Assembly (NCBI GenBank): GCA_973895155.1 | Contig: OZ316894.1 | Span: forward strand, 4,798,944-4,862,943 | DNA: 64,000 nt | DNA from: Marsupella aquatica | Taxonomy: Eukaryota; Plantae; Marchantiophyta | Reading direction: 5' to 3' | Part shown: positions 39,746-52,462 of the stretch, piece by piece | Numbering within the stretch: the stretch's first letter is position 1 | How the letters are laid out: every line of letters starts with the position of its first letter | Program-made: the position numbers and the translations under genes | The notes under the pieces: model-generated | Databases searched by the model: none | What the model was told of the DNA's origin: nothing | The model's input: only the letters and a program-made list of their open reading frames with translations

Positions 39746-41517
39746 TAGGACTTTTTTCCCAAAATTCCAAAATACATTTATCAGACTCTTACTATGGTTT
39801 AGATACCTGGTTTCAAACAAAGTGGAATTTACTACATTGACACTCTTCTGTTGAATTGCACACCTTCCACTCTATTTAGTTTAATTCTCTGTTACCACCT
39901 TTTCCACCACTGATTAAGCAAAACAGCTGTAGTTGATTTGGAGTGATGCAACGCCAACCATTCTACCAGTTTTCAAGATGGCATGGTGAGCACCATGGAT
40001 GAGCATCTGACGATGAAACCTAGCCAAATGTTGATAGTTTTCTCTCCGTCCTCCTACGCTTTAGAGCCAACTCATCCACCCTTGCTCCTGTTGTGCTCAG
40101 TCTATACCATCTCAGCTATGTATTTCTAACAACATATTTGGCAAGAATCTGGTAGTAATAATATAACCTATCCTATCCTCAGGTTCTAATTTTGAGATCC
40201 CACCACAACTGGCTTCACTTCTTTCTGTCAAGTAAGGTTACTTTGACTAGTGTACCCGATTTTGAACTAACAGTACATATGCGCTTTCTCATTTTTTTCA
40301 GTAGCATGTTAGCAAAAGCCTCATTACATTATTAACACTTGCAACCCAACTCTGACAAATAAAGTTAATACTTGGATACTAGCACTTACCAAATACTCGC
40401 ATGTATACAAAATTTCTTGTTGCACCCAAACTTGACCATAATGTTCCAAGTCAGATACTCCTTGCTCTTAATTCAAGCATAAAACTAGGTTGCAAGAAGA
40501 CCAAGAGTATGGTGTTGGTTTCACTCTTCTGTAGCCCGTGGGATCATTATCGGTAGGCTTCCTGTCCCCAATACTAAGTGTTCTCTCCCTAGCCTTGAGC
40601 AGTGTTTGTCTCTCCTAAGCTACAAGAAATGTGCCCATAGCAGCTTTTCATGACACATGCCCTTCTTTCTTCCTCTGTTGAGACTCCCCCTCCACTCTTT
40701 CTCCTAGCCATGCATATTAAGTATACCCTTGGTACCCAAAGTGTTCTCTATATGGGTCGTCCCTAGCTTGTCTTAATCACACAGAGAACGGTTTTGATGC
40801 ATGAGTTATTTTGTATGTGTGAATGAATTTAGAGAGATGAGCTTCTTTCCTCCTGGCAGAAAAGGGAGAATTGAGGTTATCTAAAACATCAATAAAATAA
40901 CGCAAAAGCAAGCAATTGTTGAATGATTTTTGCCCATAACAATCTCTATCTGATCAATCAAGGAGTTCGATATGTACCAGAGCTTCATGACCATTATTGC
41001 CATTCTTGGAATCTTTGCAGAAGGAGGATATCATGTCTTGGAATTTTACTAGTTTTCTAGTTTTCATTTCCTTTCCCTTTTTGCTTTTTAATTATTGCAA
41101 ACTCTGGACCAAAAACAATATTTTCTATAACTCCATTACATATATATAAATCAATAATACCAATAAGATATTGGTTTTTAACCCATTTTTATTCCACTCT
41201 TCCTCCATTATGCAAAAGAAAAGAAATAACTGAGTCCTGGGGTAGATTGACTACATCTTGTTGTTCATTGGCGTCGCTGACTGAAATGCAATTTGATAAC
41301 TTTTTGTGTTGAGTTCCTTTGTTCTTTCCCTAAGTTGAAAGGATGTTTGTCTTCCTCTTGTTTCGCATAATTCCCTATCTGCCTATACACAAAGTCAATG
41401 CCTCAAATACTAATGGATGGAAATTCCCTGCCATCTTTTAATCAGACTTTTGTAAATGGCTTTTCTTGAAGATTTCCATGATATTGCATGTTTTCTTTCC
41501 TGATCAGAGGTGCTTAG

Positions 41518-41869
41518 TGTTAAGAATTGGGTGACACACACATGAGAGAAACCAGCAAGAAAGATCACATTGACAGGAGAGATACATGGTTCACCCTGGC
41601 CAATGTTACATTCATAGGAATACAAGAACTTTACCAAGCTCCCAACCAAGCTTTGACCACACCAAGCCTCCTTGTAGAAGCTCTAAGAATGCTAGCCTAG
41701 CCCCTAACTTGCTTCTAGTTTTGCCCCTTCACAAATGAGCATGACTTTCACTGAGGAGCACTTCCCTGCTCCCATATATGCTAGGCACACTAGTCGCATC
41801 TAGTCTTCATTAAGTTAATGTCAACAAGAGTAAGAGATGTTAACCCAAGATTAATTGTTAACCCTAATG
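41518..41869 (-). mobile_element. Solo LTR (same Copia-like family as 25398-25717), 352 bp
   Basis: The reverse complement aligns with the first LTR (GGTTAAC...ATGCTCATT...CATTCTT...CTTGGTGTGG...GTGAACCA...AACA); flanks CTTAG / CTTCG (4 of 5 match); the 5' TG end is mutated. Confidence 0.7.
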
Positions 41870-41959
41870 CTTCGGAGTTGCTTAAGGTCTCATCCTTACA
41901 TTTTTCCTGGACAGACATCATGTTGGAGAGTATGTCCAGTTTAGCTGAGGCAAGACTAA

Positions 41960-42321
41960 GGGCCACTTTACAAGACGGGCGCGGCAATTTAGTCCCTCTT
42001 TTTTCATGATCGAATCAATCACAACCGTTGTTTCAGCCTGCCCGGGCGCTCCTTGCTTTAGAAGACTAGCGCGGCAAGTTGAGCTGCGGGAATAACCGAA
42101 CCTGCATTCTGGTATGGATCAGCTCTGGCCAGCCGGCTTGGGACTCTCATCCGGGCGCTAGACTATCGGACCTCTGGAGGTGCGAAAATGGGCAGCCCGC
42201 TTCCTCCTAGGATTCCTGCCTTGGATTGGTCTAGAGTCCTACCGTACCACTAAGAGTTGGGCTCTGTTACAGCCCTGGTAGAAAGTACTCAAATTGCCAC
42301 ACCCGTCTTGTAAAGTGGCCC
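41960..42321. mobile_element. PIF/Harbinger (Tourist-like) MITE, 362 bp
   Basis: 31-bp TIRs GGGCCACTTTACAAGACGGG(C/T)G(C/T)GGCAATTT with 2 mismatches; TAA TSD at 41957-41959 and 42322-42324. Confidence 0.9.
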
Positions 42322-42344
42322 TAAGAATCATCAAGCTGATCTCG

Positions 42345-42632
42345 AGCATTGTTCAGGTGAACAGTTAGATCTCCAATAGATCTAAACCAAACACCTTGAT
42401 TCATCTCTAGGGTTACGTTCACATTATTAAATTTATCTACCACTTGTGCAATTGCCCCTCTTAAACACCCCTTTCAAAGGAAGTGCCAATGGATGATGTA
42501 TCATGTGATGAAATGTGATACATGTTGACCCCACACTCAAATGCAATGATCTTTTGAGCTGATGTCAAGCATCGATCAGGTGAACACTTTAGATCCCTGA
42601 TAGATCTACACCAAACACCTCGACTGATCCCA
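42345..42632. repeat. About 65-bp diverged direct repeat, two copies
   Basis: AGCAT.G.TCAGGTGAACA..TTAGATC...ATAGATCTA.ACCAAACACCT.GA at about 42345 and 42568. Confidence 0.75.
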
Positions 42633-43819
42633 CACTCTCATACTAGATCCCCTCCAATGCTTGTTATTTGTATTGTTTGTATTTCATTTTCAAAATCTTT
42701 TATCACAGTTGCATGACCGACCTAAATGGGGTTGCCACCTAACCCTCTTACATTGGCCCAGGTGTAGGGGCTTAAGCTCACTCCAAGCGTTTTTCCATGT
42801 CAGCTTCCCCAAGGGGTAACCCCCAACTTTTCAGTGTTCTTGGGTGGGCTTTCCCAGACCATCAAATCTTAGGGTTACTTTACATAAACCCAGCCGGGTC
42901 TGAAGAACAAGTTTTTCTTAGAAGATTAAATCTACACCAGAGGATTTTTGTTTTAAAGATTACGTTTATATGAACTCAGCAGCATAATGTGGCTTGGAAA
43001 CTCCCATCCTACATGGATGCAAGTGGGCCCCAAAACTCCTATGCCATTGGGTTGTGTTGTCTAGACGATTTCCTCAGATGACATCCTAGTTGAACGACAG
43101 AAGTGGGAACTGTAATAATTTTTGGTTTGGATTCTATAATTATGTGGCACATTAGGCCAACTCATTTTGGTTTTGAGGTCTTCTCACTTTAGATGCCTGG
43201 GTTTATGCAATGCGCCCCTTAGGGGATGATGGGCAAATGTTTATGCCATTGACACATTCCCGGTGATCCTTCCAGGGAGAGGAAGGTTTGGGTACTCTAT
43301 CACATGAACAACACCAACTCATCTTCTGTTGGGGCCAGTGGGGTGTGACCCCTCAAACTAACCACCATTTGGGGATTACAGTTCACTAGCCCAACACCTA
43401 TGCATCTGAATGGCTCATGTACCTAGATCCCATTCCTGCCCCTACTTGAAAGCATAGTCTGAATATCACAATTTATGTATTATGGGAAAACTATAGCTTT
43501 TATCTGACTTCAATCACAAATCATTGCTGACATATAAATTATGGCTTCGATTTAGGGTGAAACCCAAGATATATAAATTCAGATAAGGAATTATAGTGTA
43601 AAATATAAATAGATATATAGATATATAGATATATAGATATAATTATTTACTTACATATTTATATAGATACAAGTGATGGAGCTGCATTAATATGGGTTAT
43701 CCCAGTCTTTACCAAGGGCGACACTCAATGCCCGCATCTTACTTGCAGACCTGCCCAAATAGCCTGCCCAGTAGCCCGCGACTCCAAAACTGGTCCACCC
43801 GCCCACGCTGCCCCCGCCA

Positions 43820-43864
43820 GCGTCCCGGACCTGACCGGACCTGACCTGACCGGACCTGACCGGG
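43820..43864. repeat. (GACCT/GACCG)n short tandem repeat
   Basis: CCGGACCTGACCGGACCTGACCTGACCGGACCTGACCGG. Confidence 0.8.
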
Positions 43865-45214
43865 CATGGATGCAGGATTTCACGACCAAACAGAGTGCAC
43901 GCGCGGAGGGGTACGAAAGTCGAAAAGACACGGCGTGCACAAATTACGCGCAGTCCGAAAGGTACTGACCGGCGTCTGAAACGCTAAACACCGATGCATC
44001 GTAGTATCGGCTATTCAATGGGCGTGCATTTTCACTGACACATCAGCGAACATCGCTTCCTGATTATTTCGCCTCTTTTTTATGCTCCTCGGGCAATCAA
44101 CAACAACCAAACAAAACCCTCCAAAAGACAAAATAAAACCCAGGCTGACCTGATTCTTTAAGATTCTGAGCGCTGCAACCAGACTGACTGACCTCGTCAC
44201 CTCACCTCACGCTCGCGTGCATGCATGGCAGCCGTGCCCCTGCCCGCCCTGACTGCCCGACATTACTGCCCGACCTTACTGCCCGGCTTCACATTCTGGT
44301 CCCACACTCCCACCGGTCAGTGGCTGACGCAACCTCCTCCCTAGTGTACACGACAGCTTCGAGCTTCAGCAAATTAATGTCCGTTACTGTGCTAGAGCAC
44401 ACGTTGCCTTGTGAGTAGCTCTTGTAGCAAGCTCTTATAGGAGACGGACGACTGTACAGTGGTCTCGTGGGGACGCCGAGGTTTTAGCCCAAAAATAAAC
44501 AACAGTTAGTGAAAGTTTCTGTCACGGGGATAAAGTTTTAGGCAATAGTGTGTTTTTGAAACGTTCACAAAGCAAGTTTTGAGAATATAATAAGATCCCG
44601 TTCCAGGACATTGTGAAATATAGTTTTGACTGATTATTATCGGCCGAGAATAAGACCTTTATACACTTATAATCTGTTCGTAACAGATTATTATTATTTC
44701 TGTTCGTTTTTGTAAACGTAAACAATCATATTTTTAGTGAATCCATACGAACCCTTAGTGTGCATTCTTCTCCAATAATGCCCTGACATTTACAAAGGAA
44801 AACATCACAGAACACATCAACACTATGAACAAATTTTGATGCCGAACTATACATTGCTCTTAAAGCAAATAAGGCGGTTCAAAGCACACTCTTAGGGCTG
44901 AAAATTTTTGGAAGTAAATTCTTAGGGGACATGTATTTAGGTAGCCCTTAGGGAATTATGTACTGGCCATAAAAGACTTTTATGTCCTTGACTGCATATT
45001 CCTTATGGAGATGTTTTGACACGCCCTAATAAAATGAACCTATATAGATTACTCATGACAGTGTGTTAGATTCTGAAGGTAAGAAAAACAGACGGCTGTA
45101 CAGTGATGCAATAGGGAAACTCGAAACAGAGAGAATTCATTTGCAAAATCTTGGGTCTAGCAGTTGAAATTGATGAGGGTTTTAGGGCAAACCTTTAAGA
45201 TCTAAGGCTGCAAT

Positions 45215-46279
45215 ATATTCCGACTAGGAGGAAAATTGGGGGAAGGGTGCAAGAGCACTTGAAGATGGCCATGGTACCAAAACTATGCAGACTTCTTCCC
45301 TTCTTTACGAGTATTTCAAATCTTGTCCATAGATTGTTTAGACAAATGAAGTATGAGTTTTCTGGCAAACTGTTGCTCACAGTTTTTTATCTCTTTATTT
45401 GGCTAGGTTACCAACTCAAGGCCAAATAGACAAGCGATCCTCCAGGTAAATTTGTTTATGAAATATCTGAAATGATGCTTGGATGGACCACAATGTGTAA
45501 TCCAGCAAGTCAGATGAGCTAGCAGTTTCAATCAATGTCTGAAAAGTGTGACCAACCCCAAAAGGTGACCATTGATACAATTGAAAGGTCCTATCTAAGC
45601 TCGAAGAAATGTTTGAAGACAGTTTATCTAGGTTTCAATGATCCACCCAAGTTGTTTTCCAAAGCTTATAGTTTATTTACCACCATCATGATAAAAGTTA
45701 AACCATAAGAAAACTCATCAAAGTACAAAAAATATTTTGTGGCTCAAATTACAGTCCTCATTATTCTTGAACTCTAGTACAACTTGCGATAGAAGTTAAA
45801 AGTTAAACTTTATCATTAATCCAATGCATATTTTCCACGCTTAAGTTTAATTAGTTCCTCGCCATCTTTTTCCACCACTAGTTAAGCAAACAAACTGTAG
45901 TCAGCTTGGAACAATTCAACGGTCAACATCCCACCAGGCTTTACTGTTGGAGGGTTGTCCATGTCCTTTACCCTAAACCCTCAACATTGGAAGGATCTCT
46001 TAATCTGCTGCCGCTCCACTTGGCCAAGTATGCCATTGGAAACTAAATCTCAGATAGACTGGCAAAGCTTGGATGGACTTGCTCATAATATTTGACTCAG
46101 ATAACACTGTTTACATTTTTGACTGGAATGTGACCTGTCTCCTTACCATTTGTAGCAGATTTTAATTACATTATCAAACCGGTTTCCTTGGTAACTTGAT
46201 TACCTTGAACCTGAGAGATATCAAGAGTTCATGTTATTACTCAGGATCACTATGACATCTTGACTACTTTTTCACCCAG
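45215..46279 (+). pseudogene. Decayed F-box protein gene (F-box plus beta-propeller-type C-terminus)
   Basis: Across frameshifts and stops: EENWGK.QEHL....KLCRLLPFF (F-box-like), GKFVYE...TMCNPASQMS*QFQSM (cf. VCNP.T..W..LP.M), VTIDTIERSY...VYLG, SAWNNSTVNIPPGF. A homologous segment lies at about 39880-40240. Confidence 0.4.
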
Positions 46280-48596
46280 GTAAGGTTCCTTTGTCTTTTT
46301 GGTGTAAAAATAAGGACCACTTTGCACAGTCCATGGGAATGACAATGTCTTGATCCATTTGGGGTTTTTGATTCACCACATTGAAGAAAATAAAATGTGA
46401 CAGTGTCATATGTATAGATTATAATTGTATATAATGACACCTAAGTTCGTTATTGGATGTTTCTCTCTCACGAGAATCAATCCAATGAATATACACATAC
46501 TTTATACAGAAAAAGGCCAAATAGAGTACAAAAGAATAAACAAGAGAGGTCCCAAGTGGAATCAATGATCAACAGTAAAGATGCAAATGCATCTAACCAT
46601 CATAAATATTATTCGCTTCTAATTACTGTTCTCGTTACCTGTCCTTCCTTTCATTGCAATTATCATAAATAGTTCTAGGTGATAGTGAATAAATCTCTCG
46701 TGCAGTCTCTATAAATTTCGGAGAGTACCACTGTCTCGTTGTTGAATGAACGGGCAGGGGCAGGGGCAGGGGCCAACCATGCAGCACTGTAATGACCGCA
46801 GTTTGTGTTATTAGTTGCCCTCAAGTTGATTGATCCAGACACCACCTTTACACTGTTCAAGTACGAAACAATTAACAGCTGACTCTCGAGCAGCCTTGGA
46901 AGAATCTCGGGTGGGCAGCACAGCCCTTCTTGACAGAACTTGAGAACATTTGTTTTGAAAATTATAGAAAATAGTAATTTGAAAATAGTACCTTTTTACT
47001 GTTCAGAAAGTGTTTGAATCTTGGGTGAATCTAGGGCGGGCAGCCCTTCTTGACATTTTTAAACAAATTGTGGAAACTAATAAATGCACATCATGAAAGT
47101 TTTATTGTTCAGAGGGTGTTTGAGATTGTTGTGAAGGTCAAGATGATACCTTATTAATGCCATCCTGATTCAAGCTGAATAAAAATATATCATGCAGGGT
47201 CCTAACCCCACCTTCTAATTTTTAAAGAATGCTTTACACTGAAAGCCAGTGTTGACATCAAGATGCTGAGAATATTTGAAAATTCACGAGCCTTATAACA
47301 CTCATTATTTTTTGCAACCTGGATGGCACTATGGTTATCCTATTACTTCCAGAGCAATGAAGTTATGCAGTGCTCTCTTGCAGTGAACCTCCGGCGGGAA
47401 GTCACAACCGTCCATCCATGCTAATCATGCATACAAAGTGCTCCTCCCTCTATCATCCATGCCAACCAGCTGTTCCATGAGGTTTCCCATCTCCGGAATG
47501 CCATGGCCCGGATTGGTGCCCTTCAAGGATCATGGGTCCCTTTCAAATATGACTATAACACAAAATTGGACATCTGGTTTGAGACTCCCTAAGGTGAAAT
47601 ACAGGCAGTTGTGATAAACATTTCTTAGAAAATGATAAAAATGAGTAATTAGAAATAACAAGTACACCACCTTCTCAATTCCACAGTTCCAATGCCAAAT
47701 TATTACTCTGAGCAGTCTTGGAAGAATCTTAGGCCGGCAGCCAGTCTCGCCCACATTTAACCACAACTCCAAAAACTTCACACGGTATCTCGCACTGGAT
47801 ATACAGTGGGGCCCACTTGCAAGCAGTCCGATTTAAATTCACCTCTCCACATTCGCCCCACCGTTGGATTTGATCCACGGCTCGTAACCTTTGGAAAAAT
47901 AATGTCCACCACAGAGATATTCTTGCCCTCCTAAAATTAAAAAGTGTTATTTCATTAACCCCATGAAATTTGGGGTACTTTAATTAGAGTCTATCAACAA
48001 GTCAGATCACTCATGGTGTCCATCAAATAATATTTTTTTAATTTTGAGAGTCTATCTTACATTTTCAATTCACCTGAAAGGATATTTCTCGGGCTGCGTA
48101 TTGTTCGGGGACGGGCACGGGCTTGGCAAGTGGCGGGTAGCTCTAAATGGAAAGGATATTTCTTGGGCAGCGCTGGAAATTATTGGAAATTATAGAAATG
48201 GTAAATTAGGAACAGCAGGCGAGTTTTAATTGTTGGGAGATTTTGGTTTAGGTCATGCTGATATAAGGCCGCATGAGAGCATTGAAGTTGGGGCAGCGCT
48301 CTCTCGTGGTGATGCCAGCGCTGAGTCATGGGTGACGCAAACATGACAATGCTGGCGTGGGCCGGCAGGCGTCGCGGGGATCACCACGCTCATCATCTTG
48401 CTTTGCTGACCGGAGCATCACAACTCGATCCGCAATGAATCCTCCCCACTGTTACTATTCTGAGAGATCTCCAGTAGAATCTGATGAATCTTCTGTCCAC
48501 CGAAGCAAACGCTTGTTTTTTTCTGCCTCTGGCGTAAGCCAGTGTTGTTTTTGTCCTCTGTGGTGAAGAAGTAGTTCGGGGCCATTTCGATAACTA

Positions 48597-49125
48597 AAAA
48601 AAACGTCGCACTCGTAGTGGGGGCACCTCAGAGCAGGTTTTCTGGTCCATTCGAACAACAACAAAAAAACATTCCTTTGTTAGCGGTCAGCTCCAGCGAA
48701 GTTTTGGGGTCCATGTCGAAAACGAAAACATTCCATTCTTAGTGGTCACATCAGAGCAGTTTTTCTGGTCCGTTCAGAAAGCAAAAACATTCCATTCGGC
48801 AGTGGTCAGCTCAGAGAAGTTTTTCTGGCCCGTTCGAGAAAAACACTCAATTCTTAGTGGTCACATCAGAGCAGTTTTTCTGGTTCATTCAGAAAGTAAA
48901 AGCATTCCATTCGGCAGTGGTCAGCTCAGAGAAGTTTTCTGGTCCCTTTTGAAAACAAAAACAGTCCGCTCGCAGTGGTCAGCTCAGGAGAAGTTTTGAG
49001 GGTTCAGTTTGAAATCCAAAACATTCCATTCACAGTGGGGCAGCTCAGAGCAGTTTTTCTTGATCCACTCAGAAAGCAAAAACATCCCATTCTTAGTGGT
49101 CAGCTCGGAGAAGTTTGTTGGGTTT
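48597..49125. repeat. About 60-bp minisatellite array, about 9 units
   Basis: Consensus AAAACATTCCATTC(TT/GGC)AGTGGTCAGCTCAGAG(C/A)AGTTTTTCTGGTCC.TTCAGAAA. Confidence 0.92.
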
Positions 49126-49127
49126 CT

Positions 49128-49590
49128 GCTCAGAGTGTCTATTCTTTGAAAATAAATAGAGCTGGGTTTGGGGTTGTGCTATTTTTTGTATCAAGCCCAG
49201 GCTTTCCCCCTATTTCTGTTCTCACTACCTTCTTTCAACAGAGGGTGTCAGAGGCATTTCAGAGAGCTCAGGCTTTCACCATTCTTTGTCGAGCCAAGTT
49301 TGGCGGTTTAGGGCCTCTAGACAGATTCCCTCCGTGACCTCCTATGCGATTTATTCCAGAGCTCTACCAGGCCGTCCAATTTTGTGCTTAATTTTCTACT
49401 CAGTAGGGTGTTACATCTTAGTTTGCTTCTTTGTGGCCGTTTTGTTAATGTGGGGGCTCACTGATTTGTTGGGCCTCCCTTGCCTTCTCCTGGTCTTTCC
49501 ATGCTTTTCTTCCTTTATTGGGTCTTTTTGGCTTTGGGATCATGTCTCCCGGATTGGCATTCCTACCTTTTGGCCGTGATATATTAAGGG
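49128..49590 (+). mobile_element. 5'-truncated CRE-like non-LTR retrotransposon fragment
   Basis: AQSVYSLK...PGFPPISVLTTFFQQRVSEAFQRAQAFTILCRA...PPMRFIPELYQAVQ; the 3' UTR CCTTTATTGGGTCTTTTTGGCTTTGGGATCATGTCTCC matches the copy at 26755-27238. Confidence 0.7.
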
Positions 49591-49784
49591 GTTACATTCA
49601 ACCCCGCTGCGCCATTTTGAGAGACTCACCGTGCTCCCAATCCCCATTTTCACTTCCCCCCCCCCCCCCAACTTCAGTTACGCCCCAATCGCACAGCCTA
49701 GAGGCTTCACTTTACACTGTAGGCCCTGATTAATTATTACTTTTTTTATCATGACTATATAACTAGATTTTGAAGAAATAACAT

Positions 49785-50024
49785 CCATTGGTGGTGGGTA
49801 GGGCCAGGCTAGCGGTGATTTGTGACCAGCAGCTAGTTTGTTCAATTATGCCTCAAACAGTTCTGGTCTGGCCTGCAGTATGAGTTTTGCATCAAACCAC
49901 TTTGGGGAGGTCAGATGTGTTATGCATGATAGGCACTTGTGGTACTTGGAGGAATTATTCAAGCAAAAATTAAGTACCACAGCTTGCTCTAAGGCAGTTT
50001 CCCCTTAACATATCACATTTATAT

Positions 50025-50030
<6 letters not shown>
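49785..50030 (+). mobile_element. Degenerate second copy of the tRNA-derived SINE
   Basis: Shares GGTGA(C/T)TTGTGACCAGCA, GTTCAAT, ACAGTTCT, ACCACTT(T)GGGG.GGTCA.A.GTGT, GGAATTA and AAGGCAGTTTCCCCTT with 25057-25301, in the same order. Confidence 0.65.

Positions 50031-50093
<63 letters not shown>
50031..50093. repeat. Compound (TA)n(GA)n microsatellite
   Basis: About 14 TA units followed directly by about 17 GA units. Confidence 0.97.
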
Positions 50094-50094
<1 letters not shown>

Positions 50095-52428
50095 AATTCA
50101 GGACAAAAACAAACAAATGTTTCCAGTATGTTTGCATTTGTTGTCCTTGTGCGGGATAGAGCAGGCCCAGCTTGTTTGTTTCTCCTTGGAATGACACAAA
50201 TAATGCTGAGCTTCTCTCTATTGGCATGAGACAGCTTGTCTTTGTGTTACATTGACACTGATGCTGCTTGGGTTAATTTATTTTTGTTGGGGGATGGGGT
50301 AGAGCAAAGGGAAACCCCACTAGGTGCACACAATTTCTTTGTAACCAAACCTCGCCAAAAGGGGGTACACTCAAAGTAATTTGGTCTCAACCCTAGAGAA
50401 AGAGTGAGTTGGGCAGCAAGGTCCGAGGCTCATAGTGAGCCTTGGTATAATTGACCTTCTTAATGAATCGTGCATAGGTCAAGTTCCTTGCTGGCACCCC
50501 AAAAAGAAGGTGTTGAAAGTGGCAATAAATACAAATGGAACTTGAAAAGGAAGTATATCTCCTCCATTTATGCCATTGGCAAGGATGACCACACACATCC
50601 ACACCATAGATAGAGTTTCACTTACAAGTCAATGGCATCTAATAAGTTACCAATTTGTTCTGTCAGGTTAGCCACACAAATAATTTCACTTCTTCAGAGA
50701 CCCTTTAACTTGACACAGACGTATGAAATGACAACCCTTAAATCACTTCTGACTGCTTTTGTTGTAAACTCTTGACTTGACAATTGTGTGGGGTCAGGTA
50801 GCTTGCAAATTGGGATCATACATCTTTGACCAAATTGCTACTATTTTTAGTGACATCCTAAATGAGTATGACGCACTCAAGTTGCTATTGGCCAATATCT
50901 GGGTTGGCCCCAATTTGTGCCTTTTAATTCTTACTCCATTTGGTCAAATCTCTATGATGATCATCTGCAAGTTGGATCTGAAGACTTCGATATTCACACA
51001 ATTTACACTCGTTCAGCAAATGGTGCATGTGATGCGTGTAAATGTGTATCACTTGCAGATGATTGAGTCCTATTATTCAATCTTAATTCATTGACACCAG
51101 TGACAGAATTTGTATACCCTACCATATGTAGGATATACTAGAATCTAAAGATATTTAGGTACATGATAAATGAAGTCTCCCCTTGCTGAAGATGTTTCTA
51201 TTGGATAATGTACTAGTAAATCTGATCAGCTTTTGTCTTGAAATCTGGACGATCTTCACCTATTTGCATTCTAGCATGCAAGACTTTTGCAACATATTAC
51301 TGAAATGTTGATAATAGAGTTTCATAAGCTGTGTTTCATAGGCAAATATTCTCCTGCAAACCGCACCAAATCTCATCTCTACTCACTTTTATGTTTGAAT
51401 GTATCCCCATCTGCTTGAAACAATATGTAATGCTATATCACAGACCTTGCTCCCTAAATATTTTAAAGATGATTGTAGCAATTCACTTGATCCAGTGCCA
51501 CACTTAATATTATGTGCATTGTTCCCTCCTCAATGCAAAGGTAGTGCACGAGGACTGACTTTGGATTGCCTGATTTGTAGAAATTGATCAATGATATTCT
51601 CATTTGAATTCAAGTATCAAAAACTTCTCTTTGAAGCATAATTATAGGCATGTCTAATACATAACTACACCAATTTTGTCTGGATTTCAAGTTTGTGTAT
51701 TGATTTTTGTAGAGTTAAATTTAGACATTTTGCTCATCTTATGCTAACAAATAATTGAATCTTTGAACAATGACTATACAACACTTCCTCAATTGTGCAT
51801 TTGTCCTAATATTCTTTGGAATTAAAGCTACCCCAAAAGAGAAAAAAACTATATCATCTCAATTTGAATAGAACTTCAAGGGCACTCTATTTGAGTAGAG
51901 ATGTTTTCCAAGAATTCTGTTTCAAAAGTTTTCTTCAAGAAAAGACTATAGTCACAAGCTTCGCCAAATCAACTATAATTTTTTATATGCCAAGGAATCA
52001 CAGGAGAGCTATTTAAGATACATGTTCTATTTAACATTTAATGTTTAATAGCCTTGAAATTTTTTTAATTCAAGTATTATTTTACATAACCTCTAGGTTA
52101 TAAAAATGATGCAGAAAAATAACTTATAATAATTAACCTAAAATGTATTTAACGTTCATTTGTTAAATTGAATACTTGTCCTTGATTACATAAGCTTGGC
52201 CTAGGGCTTCTTAAAAACGACACAATTATCCTTTGTGCACTTTTTAGTGTAAGTGAACAGATTCACAAGTAACTCATTCATTCCAAATGGCTTTTGGTGG
52301 GAAAATATAAGCAAATTCTACTTGGCAGGCAAGACTATCATTTTTTGGAGAATATCTCACGGACGATTTGTTGATCTATTATCTGAAGCATTATGAAATT
52401 GTATATAGTCGGGAACCAGGCCAACTTA

Positions 52429-52462
52429 GGACCCGCCAAAGTTAGCGGGTCCGTGGCACTAG
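52429..52462 (+). mobile_element. Possible Helitron 3' terminus
   Basis: 8-bp GC stem GGACCCGC-caaagtta-GCGGGTCC, 6 nt, then CTAG, preceded by about 1 kb of AT-rich DNA. The base after CTAG is C rather than the canonical T. Confidence 0.4.

Noticed and set aside
46915-46945. Partial resemblance to miR529/miR156 (GCACAGCCC, TTGACAGAA)
   Set aside because: Only about 9-nt matches, in the wrong arrangement, and no precursor hairpin.
48597-49125. CRISPR-like array (also considered for 26360-26754 and 426-587)
   Set aside because: Whole units are homologous with no unique spacers, there are no cas genes, and the context is eukaryotic.
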